Origin: an uncultured Chloroflexia bacterium
Lineage (GTDB): Bacteria > Chloroflexota > UBA6077 > JACCZL01
Length of the DNA: 64,000 nucleotides
Assembly (NCBI GenBank): GCA_963765765.1
Contig: CAVXYC010000015.1
Span: 512,001 to 576,000 of the forward strand
Direction: 5' to 3'
In this document: in pieces, positions 10,115 through 21,589 of the stretch
Position numbering within the stretch: position 1 is the first letter of the stretch
Layout of the letters: each line of letters starts with the position of its first letter
The notes under the pieces: model-generated
What the model saw: only the letters and a program-made list of their open reading frames with translations
What the model was told of the DNA's origin: nothing
The model's database searches: none
Made by a program: the position numbers and the translations under genes

Positions 10115-10672
10115 TTAGGCGAACGAACCGCGCACGGCGAGTGCGACGGGAGTGTCCTGGAGTGCTCGGATGATCTCGCGCGTGAATGCCGGAAGATCGT
10201 CGGGAGAACGCGAGGTGATCAGATTCTCGTCCCGCGCGACTTCTTGATCGACATAATTCGCCCCTGCGTTGACGAGATCGTCTTTGATGGAGCGGAAACA
10301 CGTCACCGTGCGGCCGCGCACGATGTCTGCCGAGGCCAGCATCCAACCTGCGTGGCAAATTGCGGCCACGACCTTCCCCTGGCCATACGCATCGCGGACA
10401 AGTTTGATCATGGCCGGATATCGGCGCATGTGGTCCGGGGCATATCCACCCGGAATCACAACCGCGTCAAATTGCCCGGCGTCCACCATGTCAGCCTCGG
10501 CATCAACTTTGACCGGGTACCCATGTTTACTGGTGTAGAGGTCAGCGCTGCCCGAGCCTACGACAAACACTTCTGCGCCAGCTTCTCTTAGTCGATAGAG
10601 CGGATACCAGAGCTCAAGATCTTCGTAGAGATTTTCAGCGAGAACCGCGACACGTCGACCGTCTAGCTCCAT
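10115..10672 (-). CDS. PfpI/DJ-1 family type 1 glutamine amidotransferase-like protein
   Basis: YEDLELWYPLYRL, IPGGYAPD, AAICHAGW, TSRSPDDLPAF. Confidence 0.92.
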   Translation of the reverse strand: MELDGRRVAVLAENLYEDLELWYPLYRLREAGAEVFVVGSGSADLYTSKHGYPVKVDAEADMVDAGQFDAVVIPGGYAPDHMRRYPAMIKLVRDAYGQGKVVAAICHAGWMLASADIVRGRTVTCFRSIKDDLVNAGANYVDQEVARDENLITSRSPDDLPAFTREIIRALQDTPVALAVRGSFA

Positions 10673-11072
10673 CCGTGTGCTCCTAATCCGGTGGGGCGAT
10701 TGAACCTCGAGCATGATGTCGAGGCGACTCTGACGTCAGTATAGCAGTGTACAATTTGGTTCCCGGTTGCTTCCGAACTTGCGGAGACTAGATCGATCAG
10801 TCCAAAACGCTGCCTGCCTGATCGACCCACCGAGTAGCGAAGGAGCGTGGATCTCGAGCGTGCTAGAGCCTGACGTGTTCCCCTCGCCGTTGCTCGAGAA
10901 TTTCCGCTCGATTCGCGGCGAAGATCGGATGCAACTCCTCGAGCTTTCTGATGTCTCCACGCATTCCGCGCTTGTATATCAACGCTACGGATCACCAGCG
11001 GAGGTTGGCATCGCTCGCACCTCTCCAAAGTCTGACATAGCAACAAAGCGACCGTCGGCAAGGTTCAAGTAG

Positions 11073-12686
11073 GTGGCGAATACGGAATTTCAGGAGCGAC
11101 TTTCTCTACGTATGAGCGCCGATGGAGCGGCTCTGGATAGACCAGGACCAGAGGCGCAACTCGAAGAGCTGGGTAGGCTCGGCAAGACGCTTTTGCAAGG
11201 TTCACGCCTTTTGGTGGCCAGCAATCGCGGTCCCGTGCAGTACGGGCTGAGACCGGATGGCAGCCTGGAGCGACAGCGCGGCGCAGGCGGCGTGGTGACA
11301 GCGCTCATTTCGCTGCAGCGGTACCTCCGACTTACGTGGGTCTCCTGTGCGCTTTCCGATGGAGACCGTCGAGCCGCCCAGCTAGAAGAAAAGCGCCTTT
11401 CATCTGGCACAGGGAGCGACGAGGGAGATCTTGCGGCTCGGTTTGTCGCCGTTCCTCCGGCGACGTTCCGTCGCTACTACTTCAAGTTTGCCAACCCACT
11501 GCTCTGGTTCCTTCAACACTACATGTGGGATCCGTCGCGGCAGCCGGATATTGACCGCGCTATGCACCGTGCCTGGGACAACGGGTACGTCTCCGTCAAT
11601 CAGGCGTTTGCCAACACGCTCATCGATGAAGCTCAGCGACCGGACGCATCACCGTTTATCATGCTGCACGATTACCACCTGTACCTCGTCGGGCGAATGA
11701 TCCGCGAAAAGCTACCCGATGTCGTGCTGCAGCATTTCATCCACATCCCGTGGCCCGACCCTGAATACTGGCACCTTTTGCCGGCGGATATGCGATCGGC
11801 CATTTTTGCTGGTCTATGTGCCAACGACATCGTGGGAATGCAGACGCGTCGCTCCGTGCGCAACTTTCTGAGCGGCTGTCAGGCCTACCTACCGGACGCG
11901 GAGATTGGTTGGGGCACGGAGACCATCTTCTGGCGAGGCCATGAGATGCGAGTTCGAACATATCCAATCTCGATCGACGTCGAGAGTGTGCGGGAGACCA
12001 TGGCTTCGGCGCCTTACCGACGGGCCGTGGAGCGTATGCGTCGTCGACGGGGGGAATTCACCATCGTTCGCACGGATCGACTGGAGCCCAGCAAGAACAT
12101 TCTGCGAGGCTTCAAGGCATTCGACATATTCCTGAGGCGAAACCGTCATTTGCGCGGACGAGTGAAATTTTGGGCGTTTCTAGTGCCTTCCCGAACGTCG
12201 CTCCCACAGTACAAGAACTATCTCGATGAGACCCGCAGGCTCATAGACCAGATCAATGCACGCCACGGAACAGATGTATGGAAGCCCATTGAGATGTTCT
12301 ACGAGAATGACTATGTGCAGGCTCTGGCAGGCATGTCAGAAGCTGATGTCATGCTCGTTAACCCGATCATTGATGGGATGAACCTGGTTGCCAAGGAAGC
12401 GCCCATAGTAAGTACGCGGAACGCTGTGCTAATTCTGTCAGAAGGCGCGGGCGCTTTTGAACAGCTCCAGGACGGCGCATTGCCTGTGACACCCACCGAC
12501 ATCGAGGGGACGGTACAGGCGTTTGAAATAGCGCTTTCCATGCCAGCCTATGAGCGGGCTCGTCGGACGGCCCTCCTTCGCGCCGAGGTGGAGGAGAATG
12601 ACATTACGATGTGGCTTCACCAGCAGCTTCGCGATCTCGCGCTGCTTGCCCCTGAGCGCACGCCTCCTGAGCTACTCCGAGCTTAG
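11073..12686 (+). CDS. otsA: Trehalose-6-phosphate synthase (GT20)
   Basis: VASNRGP, GAGGVV, HDYHL, HFIHIPWP, DRLEPSKNI, DGMNLVAKE, ILSEGAGA. Confidence 0.88.
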   Translation: MANTEFQERLSLRMSADGAALDRPGPEAQLEELGRLGKTLLQGSRLLVASNRGPVQYGLRPDGSLERQRGAGGVVTALISLQRYLRLTWVSCALSDGDRRAAQLEEKRLSSGTGSDEGDLAARFVAVPPATFRRYYFKFANPLLWFLQHYMWDPSRQPDIDRAMHRAWDNGYVSVNQAFANTLIDEAQRPDASPFIMLHDYHLYLVGRMIREKLPDVVLQHFIHIPWPDPEYWHLLPADMRSAIFAGLCANDIVGMQTRRSVRNFLSGCQAYLPDAEIGWGTETIFWRGHEMRVRTYPISIDVESVRETMASAPYRRAVERMRRRRGEFTIVRTDRLEPSKNILRGFKAFDIFLRRNRHLRGRVKFWAFLVPSRTSLPQYKNYLDETRRLIDQINARHGTDVWKPIEMFYENDYVQALAGMSEADVMLVNPIIDGMNLVAKEAPIVSTRNAVLILSEGAGAFEQLQDGALPVTPTDIEGTVQAFEIALSMPAYERARRTALLRAEVEENDITMWLHQQLRDLALLAPERTPPELLRA

Positions 12687-13472
12687 CCTTACCAGCAGCT
12701 CAACGGCACTTGCCACGCCGTCGATCACGGCGTCGGCAGTCTCAAGGAGCGCACCGGGACTCTCGGAGCTTCGTACCGCGATCGCGGCTGTGTGAACACC
12801 GTGGTTGCGCAACTCCTGCAAAGCACGAAATCCGTTGACGTCCGTGACATCATCACCGAGATACACCGCCCCTCGTAGAGCACGCTGCTCAACGATGCCG
12901 AGAATGGCACTTCCTTTGTGCACGGCGACCGGTGGACGTAGGTTGATAACTTTGCGTCCGTCCTCGACCTCTAAAGGCTCGCACTCCGAGCAATCGCGAA
13001 TCGCCTGGTAAATCGAGTGCCGCGCAGCGGATGGATCCGGCGCCGTCCGATAGTGAACACTGATGCTCAGGCGCTTATTCTCCACGACGACGCCCTGATG
13101 ACCTTCAAGTGTGCGTAGCCCGTTAGCGCAGATTTGAACAATAGGAATAAATTGCTCGATTGATGGATCGACAATGGTGCGTCGCCCCACGAGATGCTCC
13201 ATGCCGTGGTTTCCGATGTAGTGGATTCCGGCAACCCGGACCATGCGCCGTGCGTCGGCCGCGGATCGCCCGGACACGACGCCGACTGAATCGAGCCGAC
13301 TACGCAAGCTTCGTAGCGCGATGCGAACCGCCTCGGAAATGTGGGCATCATCAGGATTGACCACAATTGGGCTGATCGTCCCATCAACGTCCGTGAAGAG
13401 CCCCGCTGGCACATGCTTTATCGCGTTTCGCGCAACGCGAAGCGCCTCCTCGATCGATGAGGGGTTAGTCAA
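12672..13472 (-). CDS. otsB: Trehalose-6-phosphate phosphatase (HAD IIB)
   Basis: DVDGTISPI, VSGR, GNHGME, ENK..SVHYR, HKG, YLGDDVTD; convergent with otsA; TTG start inferred. Confidence 0.88.
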   Translation of the reverse strand: MTNPSSIEEALRVARNAIKHVPAGLFTDVDGTISPIVVNPDDAHISEAVRIALRSLRSRLDSVGVVSGRSAADARRMVRVAGIHYIGNHGMEHLVGRRTIVDPSIEQFIPIVQICANGLRTLEGHQGVVVENKRLSISVHYRTAPDPSAARHSIYQAIRDCSECEPLEVEDGRKVINLRPPVAVHKGSAILGIVEQRALRGAVYLGDDVTDVNGFRALQELRNHGVHTAAIAVRSSESPGALLETADAVIDGVASAVELLVRLSSE

Positions 13473-13785
13473 TCCAGCAGTCTTTCGATAGATTGGGACA
13501 CCCGCCGGGCTATTTGCCCGCCATGGCAAGGGGCCCACCGGCCATGCGCCCGCGGCGCTGCAGCTCTCATCAGCACCAGGCCACCGGAATCGAGCATCGA
13601 TGCCGCTGTTCATGTCGTGGTGGTGCGTTCGAGCGCTTGCAGCATCTGAGCTTGACCTGGCGCACCGTTCCCCACCACAACACACAGGTCCATCTCACTG
13701 TCGGCGTGCCCTCGCGCCGAGTCTCGATATACTGAAAGTCGGTTGCCGATTCGCGTCTGCGCACGGATAAAATCAAACGTCCCAT

Positions 13786-13860
13786 TCCCCGATAGCTCAA
13801 CGGTAGAGCGTCCGGCTGTTAACCGGTAGGTTACAGGTTCGAATCCTGTTCGGGGAGCCA
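13786..13860 (+). tRNA. tRNA-Asn (GTT)
   Basis: TCCCCGA/TCGGGGA acceptor stem, ccgg-ctGTTaa-ccgg anticodon arm, GGTTCGAATCC T loop, encoded CCA. Confidence 0.97.
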
Positions 13861-13884
13861 AATATCACTTTTGCCGTTCGATGA

Positions 13885-14155
13885 TGAACAGAGCGACGAA
13901 TCCGAGCGCTTGCACCTGCCCGTGCACCTGCATCAGCGTTGGGGTGCCCGCGGAGAGTGAGAAACCTGAAGGCGAAGCCGAGCAGCAGATACAAACCCAG
14001 GCCGAACCCGCCCGAGAGCGCCAGGGCGAGGCTGAGACGGATTAGCCGAATGGTCGGTCGAGGAACCCGAACCCTTCTTGGCCCGACGGCTCACGGCGTG
14101 CTGACCTATTCCCCAACGTCAGAATGGGGCGGCGCTGGGATCCCGATGATCGCAT
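13885..14155 (-). pseudogene. Truncated membrane-protein fragment, NnrS-like N-terminus
   Basis: With frameshifts reads LIRLSLALALSGGFGLGLYLLLGFAF...LMQVHGQVQALGFVALFII, then stops near the att site. Confidence 0.45.
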
Positions 14156-14303
14156 TGACGCTTCCCTTCCCAGGAGGATGGCACCGCTGTAGTCTGGAAG
14201 GGCTTCTATGAGATTTACGGACCAGATCAGTATCTCCGTTGATGAACAGCCCGAAATTCGCGAGCCACACAGATGTTGCACGATTCTTCATGATTGCCGC
14301 TGT

Positions 14304-15230
14304 CTACCCCGTCAAGACCGATGCGACTTGACGCCGGAAATGCAAGGTGTCGGACGCAAACGACAGAAACGCTTGGAGTGCCGGCGAATGATAAGCATCC
14401 TTGAGTTGAGCAATCACCATCCGGCACGTGAGCGGTGCGCCTTCGATACGCACCTTGACAAGTGGCGGACCAGCGCCTTCTCCTAACCAGGCATGGGTCA
14501 CGTGCACGCCGAGCCCTTCGGAGACAAGCGCCCGGGCGAGCCCCACACTTCCGGCGTGAAAGGCGAAGTTCGGGGTGAACCCGGTGCTTTCAGCAGCTCG
14601 GACCAGCTTGAGTTGTCGTGTTGCGGGAGCCGGCGCCATGCGAATGAAGCGCTCAGTGGCCAGCTCCTCCAGGCGGCAAAATTCACGTTGAGCCAGCGGG
14701 TGGCGTGGCCCGACCAGCACCACCAGCTCCTCATCAGTGACCAGGTCGGTGCTCAAATCGGACGGGTTGCTCACAAGCCCGAGGTCAATCAGCGCCACGT
14801 CGCATTGACCGTCACGCAGACGGGCCACCAGCGCCTGGGTAGTGGCCTCAGTGTAGTGAATCTGGACGCCGGGACGGATGTCGCTAAATCCTTTGAACAG
14901 ACCGGGCAGGTCGATGGCGCCGGCACCCAGCGTGTACTCCGCGCCCACGGAGACCCGTCCGGTTTCGGCCTCTGAGTAGGCGCGCATCTCGGCAGAGGCG
15001 ACGTTGACCTGGGTAAGAATGGCGTCAACCCGCCGTAAGAATCGCGCGCCCGCGGGTGTCACCGTCACGTGGCCGTTACGGCGGTCCAGTAGCTCGATTC
15101 CCAGCTCTCGCTCGAGGTGTTTGATCTGCTGTGAGAGCCCAGGTTGAACTATATGGAGCTCAGCAGCGGCGCGGGTGAAACTACGCAGCCGCGCAACACT
15201 CTGAAAATAACGGATTTGACGCAGCTCCAT
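14304..15230 (-). CDS. LysR-family transcriptional regulator
   Basis: MELRQIRYF..SFTRAAAELHIVQPGLSQQIKHLERELG HTH plus effector domain. Confidence 0.93.
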   Translation of the reverse strand: MELRQIRYFQSVARLRSFTRAAAELHIVQPGLSQQIKHLERELGIELLDRRNGHVTVTPAGARFLRRVDAILTQVNVASAEMRAYSEAETGRVSVGAEYTLGAGAIDLPGLFKGFSDIRPGVQIHYTEATTQALVARLRDGQCDVALIDLGLVSNPSDLSTDLVTDEELVVLVGPRHPLAQREFCRLEELATERFIRMAPAPATRQLKLVRAAESTGFTPNFAFHAGSVGLARALVSEGLGVHVTHAWLGEGAGPPLVKVRIEGAPLTCRMVIAQLKDAYHSPALQAFLSFASDTLHFRRQVASVLTG

Positions 15231-15494
15231 CCTCGCCTCCTGCATCTGCTGTCACGACTGTGCGTGACAGCTCGACAAATCGGCAAGGTTAGGAAGAATG
15301 AGGGCGCAGCTCCAGAGGCGGGCGCGTCGAACAGAAGGGGCGGCATGCGCGGGAGCGGCACTCTCATCTCCGGTATGACCGACAACCCGGCTGAGCAGAA
15401 TTGTCCTCCCGGGAGCAGTTGGATGCGAAGCATCGTCGCGTAGAACGTATCCAGCTCAGAAGTTTTCCGCAAAGACGGCGGCCGTCGCAGTCTG

Positions 15495-16100
15495 TCAGTG
15501 GTGGACGCTAATAGAGTAAACCCCGAGGTCGACCGGCCCTCTTGCAGGATCGAGCGTGTCTACATCTTCTGCAAGGCATCGACCTGAGCAAGCTCTAGAA
15601 CATAGGCTCTCAGCAATCGAAACTTCGCTTCAAGTTCAACATTGGTTTATAGGATTGTCGGGCGTCCCTCTTAGGCTAGGCACATAGCGTTGGACTGACT
15701 CTCGTCGGTGAGCGTCAGGGTCATGCTTACTCGGCCAGCTTTATTCTAAGCTCGCTGAAGATCATCGGTCTCTTCGTTCACTTGTGTTCTTTCCGCTCGG
15801 CCAGTGAGCGAATCCGCTCGCTTTCCAGGAGACAGTCATCCCAGACCTGAGGACTCTGAGGTTATTGTAGACAACCACCGCGATCAGGTAGTTCGGGTTG
15901 CTTGCATATCAGCGAGTGACTCAGGTGAGTCCCTCGCAGCGTTGAGGAATGCCTTATAGCTACAGTCTACGGAGATGCGCTTGACCTGTTTAGGCAGGAT
16001 GCCGCGAACAGATCGGAGATGATTCACCGCATCAATGCTCATGTGGGCGGGCCCCACACTGCGTACAGCCCTGGCGTGACTTCAAGGATCTCAGAGCGCC
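15495..16100 (-). pseudogene. Decayed MmgE/PrpD paralog, C-terminal half (absent from the ORF track)
   Basis: Manual translation EILEVTPGLYAVWG, HMSIDAVNHLRSVRGI, RGTPDNP, ELEAKFRLL aligns with the 18024-19430 protein (EILQWEPKLYSAWG, HTSIDAVNELRSAHGI, KGTLKNP, ELEGKFRLL); has stops and indels. Confidence 0.8.
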
Positions 16101-16360
16101 GCGACACCTCCGTTGTGGGCCGGCCAGCCGCTGCCTTGAAGAGGCTCACCATCGGCGCGCTACGATTTACGGAGTACTCGTTGAGTCCAGTCGCTATGCT
16201 GCCAGTGATCTCAAACGGGAACCGAGGGGTGTGTCAGGCTGGGTCACGTCTACCAGGCGTTGAAAGCGTCGACCGACATGGCAATGCGGCCATGTGACGT
16301 GTGTCAGGGGCGGCCCAACCCCTACCGAGTACTGACGGGGCCAATGATGGACCACGGCCA

Positions 16361-17535
16361 TCAACTCGCCAAATCCTTCTCGAGCAGGTAATCAAGACGA
16401 TCTAGAGATGCCTGAGAAACCTGAAGCACTTCACGTGTGAGCGCCCGCAACTCCGTCGCGGAAACCAGGCTGACTGTCAGCTTAAGCCTTTCCGCCTCGG
16501 CTAGGAGCTCTGGGTCGTTCGTTGCCGCAACGAACGCTGCCTCTAATGCTTGCAGTATCTCCGTGCTAGCCCGGGTGGTGTCACGAACAGGCGGCCCATA
16601 TCATTCGGACGCTCTACCAGTGTCACTAACTCCTTATCCGTGGCACTCGCGGCGTTAAAGAGTTGCCGCGTCGTGGGCGCACTTACGAGGAGCGGGTGAT
16701 TCAGATCCTCAGCACTCCGCATCACTGGAATCAGCTTCCCGGAGCGAAGCTCATCTGAGAGCGCGCTTACAATCGTGTCCCCATCCGAAATCAAAGCGTC
16801 AACATCCCCGCGCTCTACGGCTAATCGCAGTCCTGGACTATCCTTAAATCCATAGGATATCCGTAATTGCCAACCGAGTATTTCACGGAGAACAACCGCG
16901 TATCCGTGCCAATTGTCTTTCGCCTCAAGAACTCCTATATGGAGGTTTTTTGTCTTGAGGTCCTCGGCGATTCTGATGCCAGTGCGACTGTGGACCACCA
17001 TCGCATTCTGCGATTTTGTCGGGCTACCCAAGAGACCAAGTTCGTTCACGTCATAACGAACACCTTCGTCCTTTAGGACCTGCTTCATCGCAATCGATCG
17101 GTCGGTGAGACCAATAGTCAGTCCGTCTGGCTTCTGCGAATAAATAAAGTTCGTGCCGATCATGGAAAAGCCGCCGGGCATGTTCACGGCGATGATGGTA
17201 GGAGCACCCGGTAGATGCCTGGACAGGTGGCGCTGGTACATTCGCGCCCAGATGTCGTGTCCACTGCCGGGGTTTGCGGCAACCACGATAGTCATGGTCT
17301 TACCCTGCCACGTTGGGGCGAGGCCGACCGCGGGCGCGTTGGAAACTCCCGTGGCAGCCCCAGTTGAAAGGGCATTGGCCGCGGGCGGTGGCACCGCGGT
17401 GGAAGCTACCGACTTGGCAACTGGTGGCGCCGTTGGGCTCGAAGTGGCTGCTGGAGAGCAGGCGGCCATCAACCCACCAGTTGAAGCAAGGGCAAGAATC
17501 CGCAGAAAACGACGCCTGGAAGTAGTTGGAGTCAC
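16361..17535 (-). CDS. TctC/Bug-family tricarboxylate-binding lipoprotein (Tat), one frameshift near 16560
   Basis: SRRRFL..LMAAC signal, Pro/Ala linker, PGSGHDIWAR, NMPGG, PDGLT, LAVERGDVD; continues ILQALEAAFVAATNDPELLAEA in another frame. Confidence 0.85.
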
Positions 17536-18023
17536 GTTCTTCTCCCGAATGCCCGGCACACGAGCCACCGCGTGCCATTTCTCCACCCGCCGTTCGCGGC
17601 CACGATCACAAACCGAACGGATCGGCGTCTGCCCGCATCGGCATACTGATACGGATCGACTTAGGCGAGGGCCGTTTATGTTTTTTCGTCGCCTGGCCCA
17701 TCAACGGAGGGACCCTACAACAGAAGTTTTCCCCTCGCAACCGTGAATCAGTCAGTATTTTAGGCGCTTCAGTTTGAATCGATCACTCGCAGTGATGGCC
17801 CTAGTAGTGACTGGTCTTGGACCAGCTCCCGGACGGCGTGATACACCTGTTCTTGCGGCATGAGAATCGGTACCGCGACACACCCACGCCTCCTACGCAG
17901 CAGCGGGATGATCTCTCTGGTGCATTCTTCACGCGATGGGCCTGGCAGACAATCGAGGTCTGTGCTCATCAACACGGTGCTAGTTCTGGCATCAACCGCA
18001 GCGATTATTCGGGAGGGCTGAGA

Positions 18024-19430
18024 ATGAACGAGACACAGCAGCTCGCGGACTACGTGACAAACCTCGAGTACGGGGAATTACCCCCACGGGTGATTGCCGC
18101 TGCGAAACTCGCCATCCGCGACAGCATTGGTGTGACACTGTTTGCAAGTCGTCTGGAGTGGTCCCAGATCGCCGCTGAGGTTGCTCAAGAGATAGGTGGA
18201 CGCGGGCGTTCGACAGTGTGGGGTCATGAGTGGAAGACAACTCCGTCCGCGGCGGCCATGGCGAATGGCACCGCCGCCGCGGGGATCGAGCTGGATGACC
18301 GCAGCAGCGGCCTGGACGTCCACAACGGCGGCTCGGTGGTTCCGGCGGCGATCGCGGTGGCGGAACAGGTGGTTGCGAGTGGGGCTGATCTCATCCTGGC
18401 GGTCGTGTGTGGCTACGAGGTGGCCAACCGACTCGCCCGCGCCACCCGAATGCGCATGCGCGAGCGCTTTTACCCCAGCAGTATCAGGAACATCTTTGGG
18501 GTGACCACGGCGGCGGCGAAGCTTCTTGGACTGAACCAGCAGCAACTGGTCCATGCTCTCGGGATCACGGGAAGTATGGCTGCTGGGCTGCAAGAGCACA
18601 CGCAGGATCCCTACGGGACCATGGTGAAGCGCCTGCAAGGGGGCGGTTGGCCAGCGCATGGCGGAGTTCTTGCTGCAACCCTTGCGTCCAAAGGATTCAC
18701 CGGCCCAGCTACGGTTTTAGAAGGAAAGCACGGGATTTGTCGCACATTCTGTACGGACGAAGAGCCGGACATCTCTGCGCTCGTTCAGGGGCTCGGTGAC
18801 GCCTTTGAAATTCTCCAATGGGAGCCCAAGCTCTACTCAGCATGGGGTGGTGGTCATACCAGCATCGATGCGGTGAATGAGCTTCGGTCCGCACATGGCA
18901 TCCGGGCGGAGCAGGTCGACCGTATTGCGCTGGGCATTGGAGGCAAGTACTTTGACAATGCCTTCAAGGTCGCTCCGCAATCAGTCCTGGCTATGCAGCA
19001 TCACATGCCTTATGTGATTGCGACGGCCTTTTTCTACAACTTCTGTGACCCATCCATCTGGGAAGACTCAATACTGGACGATCCGCGGATCGCGGCGTTG
19101 GCCGCCCGAATCGAGGTTCACCTCGACGAGGAGATGACCGAAAGCCAGCGTGTGAACAACGACTCGGGCGGAGTGAAGATGACCCTGGCACTCCAGGACG
19201 GGCGGGAGGTAAGCGCCACGGTCCTGTCGCGCAAGGGCACACTGAAGAATCCGCTATCCGCGTTGGAGCTCGAGGGGAAGTTTCGATTACTGAGTGAGTA
19301 CGCCCTTCCAGCACTTCAGGCCGAAGGGCTCCGAGATCTGCTCGACAACCTCGAGAAGCAAGAAGCTCCACTGGACTTCGGGCCCTGGGCAGGAAAGGTT
19401 CAGCATAGGCGTGAAGTGAGCACGATCTGA
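18024..19430 (+). CDS. MmgE/PrpD family protein
   Basis: AAMANGTAAAGIELDD, HNGGSVVPAA, GYEV, GFTGP..VLEG; GGGAGGG RBS. Confidence 0.9.
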   Translation: MNETQQLADYVTNLEYGELPPRVIAAAKLAIRDSIGVTLFASRLEWSQIAAEVAQEIGGRGRSTVWGHEWKTTPSAAAMANGTAAAGIELDDRSSGLDVHNGGSVVPAAIAVAEQVVASGADLILAVVCGYEVANRLARATRMRMRERFYPSSIRNIFGVTTAAAKLLGLNQQQLVHALGITGSMAAGLQEHTQDPYGTMVKRLQGGGWPAHGGVLAATLASKGFTGPATVLEGKHGICRTFCTDEEPDISALVQGLGDAFEILQWEPKLYSAWGGGHTSIDAVNELRSAHGIRAEQVDRIALGIGGKYFDNAFKVAPQSVLAMQHHMPYVIATAFFYNFCDPSIWEDSILDDPRIAALAARIEVHLDEEMTESQRVNNDSGGVKMTLALQDGREVSATVLSRKGTLKNPLSALELEGKFRLLSEYALPALQAEGLRDLLDNLEKQEAPLDFGPWAGKVQHRREVSTI

Positions 19431-19685
19431 GGATAAGAGTGTCCTTCGGCCTTGAGTATTCCAGTCCGGGGCAGAAAGACGTGAATCGAACTCGCGCCCT
19501 TTCCGCAGCAAGAACTTAGTTGATGGAGTCGCAGCCGACGGCCCTTGCATCGAGGGCGGCGCCTGGTCGATCCGAACCCGCATACCGACGTGAGCAGATA
19601 CATGCCTGTTCGTCTAATTAATCAACGGGCTCGTGTGAGAACTGGTACGCGATGGATCGAGTGCCAGGAATACGGGAGATACACC

Positions 19686-19817
19686 ATGAATCCAGCAATT
19701 TCCGGGCACCGCATTCGGCAGGTTCTTGGCCTCGTTTCAACTGGCGGGGTCGCGGCCATTTGCTCACCACCAGCCCGGGTCGCCGCCATCCGTAAGGCGA
19801 GGAGTTGTAATGGTTGA
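19686..19817 (+). pseudogene. Remnant signal peptide of a lost TctC-like paralog
   Basis: MNPAISGHRIRQVLGLVSTGGVAAICSP resembles the TctC N-terminus TPTTSRRRFLRILALASTGGLMAACSP; has a GGGAG RBS. Confidence 0.5.
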
Positions 19818-21258
19818 TGCGACCCGGAATACGGAGAACGGAAACACGGGCGAAACTGTAGAGTTAGCCGGCTTTATTGCCCGGACTCCGCTTTGACGAT
19901 CTGCCTCCTGGGGTTGTGTCCAACGCCAAACTGGCAATTCGCGACACGATCGGCGTTGCACTATTTGCCAGTGGCCTTCCCTGGTCACGCATCGCATTCG
20001 AGTTTGCGAAGGAGTCTGGCGGCGATGGTCGTGTCAGCCTCTGGGGCTCAGACGCCAGAACTACCGCGCCGTCCGCCGCGCTCGCGAACGGTACGGCCGC
20101 TCATGGCATTGAGATGGACGATCGGAGTCACGATCTGGACATCCACAACGGGGCACCGACAGTGCCGGCCGCCGTGGCTCTGGCTGAGCACGCCGGCCGC
20201 AGTGGTAAAGATCTCATTCTGGCCGTTGCCTGCGGCTACGAAGTGGGCTTCCGAATGGCGCGAGCGACCCAGCGTGGCATTGACCGCTTCTATTGGGTAA
20301 GTATTCGCAGCATTTTCGGTGCAACGGCCGCCGCGGCCAAGGTGCTGGGTCTTGATCAGTGGTCCACGGTCAATGCGTTTGGTATTGCTGGCTACATGGC
20401 ATCGGGGCTGTGGGAGCATACCCATGACCCGCACGGCACCATGATCAAACGAATGCAAGGCGGCGGCTGGCCGGCAAACTGTGCCGTAACTGCCGCGCTG
20501 TTGGCGCAGAAGGGCTTCACAGGCCCGTCCTCCATTCTGGAAGGGGAAAATGGGGTGTGCCGTTCCTTCTGCACCGCCGGAGAGCCGGATATTGGTGCCC
20601 TGGTCCGGGGACTGGGTCAGGGTTTTGAAATGGCCCACTGGGAGACAAAATACTACTCCGCGCGGGGACAGCTGAGCAGTACCATTGAGGCCGTTGGACG
20701 CCTTCAAGGAGGGCTATGGAATGAGTCCGGCCAGCATCAAGCAGATCGTGGTTGGTTGCTCACGTCAGATGATCATGCGCACTGCAGCCTGGAAACCTGA
20801 CTCCGCCTCCGCCGCCCAGCACAATATTCCGTTTGTGACCGCAGCCGCGTTCTTCTTTGATCTCCGAGATCCTAGTGTTTGGCAAGAGAGCATTGTTGAA
20901 GACGCGCGGATCAAGGAGCTGATGGCTCGAACCACTGTTGAGGTGGATTCTGAGATCAATCATCTTTCTGAAAGGCTGGAGAGCGCCGGTACTCCGCATT
21001 ACGGTGGAGCTTGAGAATGGCTCGACCGTGGCCTGTTGGGTGCGTTACGACAAAGGCGCGGTGGAGAACCCCATCACCTGCGACGATGTGGATGCCAAGT
21101 TTCGGTTGCTGACTGGCAAGGTACTACCGGCGGACCGGGTAGAGAAGCTGGGTGGCTTTTTGGATGCGCTAGATCAGCATGAAGGGCCACTCAGCCTTCA
21201 CGGCCTGGTGAGTCTCGGCAACACTTCCGCAACGCGGGCGAAAACGACTGATGCCTGA
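19810..21258 (+). CDS. Second MmgE/PrpD family protein (about 3 frameshifts)
   Basis: ANGTAAHGIEMDD, HNGAPTVPAA, DPHGTMIKRMQGGGWPA; joined ORFs end KGAVENP..VDAKFRLL; AGGAG RBS. Confidence 0.85.
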
Positions 21259-21589
21259 CACCAACGTGTTGGGGGTTTCCTGGGGCCCGCGATATTAGCC
21301 GCACTTGTCGCGCCACTCTTTAGTGGAAAAGATACGGCCCCAGAGGAACATTCGTCCGAATCGCCGCTCAAGATGCCTACGACCAGATCAGTAGGTGGCT
21401 GTAGAATTTCTGCACTCCAGAGGCAAGACACTTTCTGGAAAGATGAGCGGCCAGACTATAAGGTGAGGACTCTAAGTTGAACTCCCTGAGTCTGGCCTGA
21501 CTTGATCCTCGGCAGTATGCGTCGGCATGACCCTTTGGATGTTAAGCGTCATACCCTCAGGCAGGAACGTGCAAGGCGAAGCTCTATCG

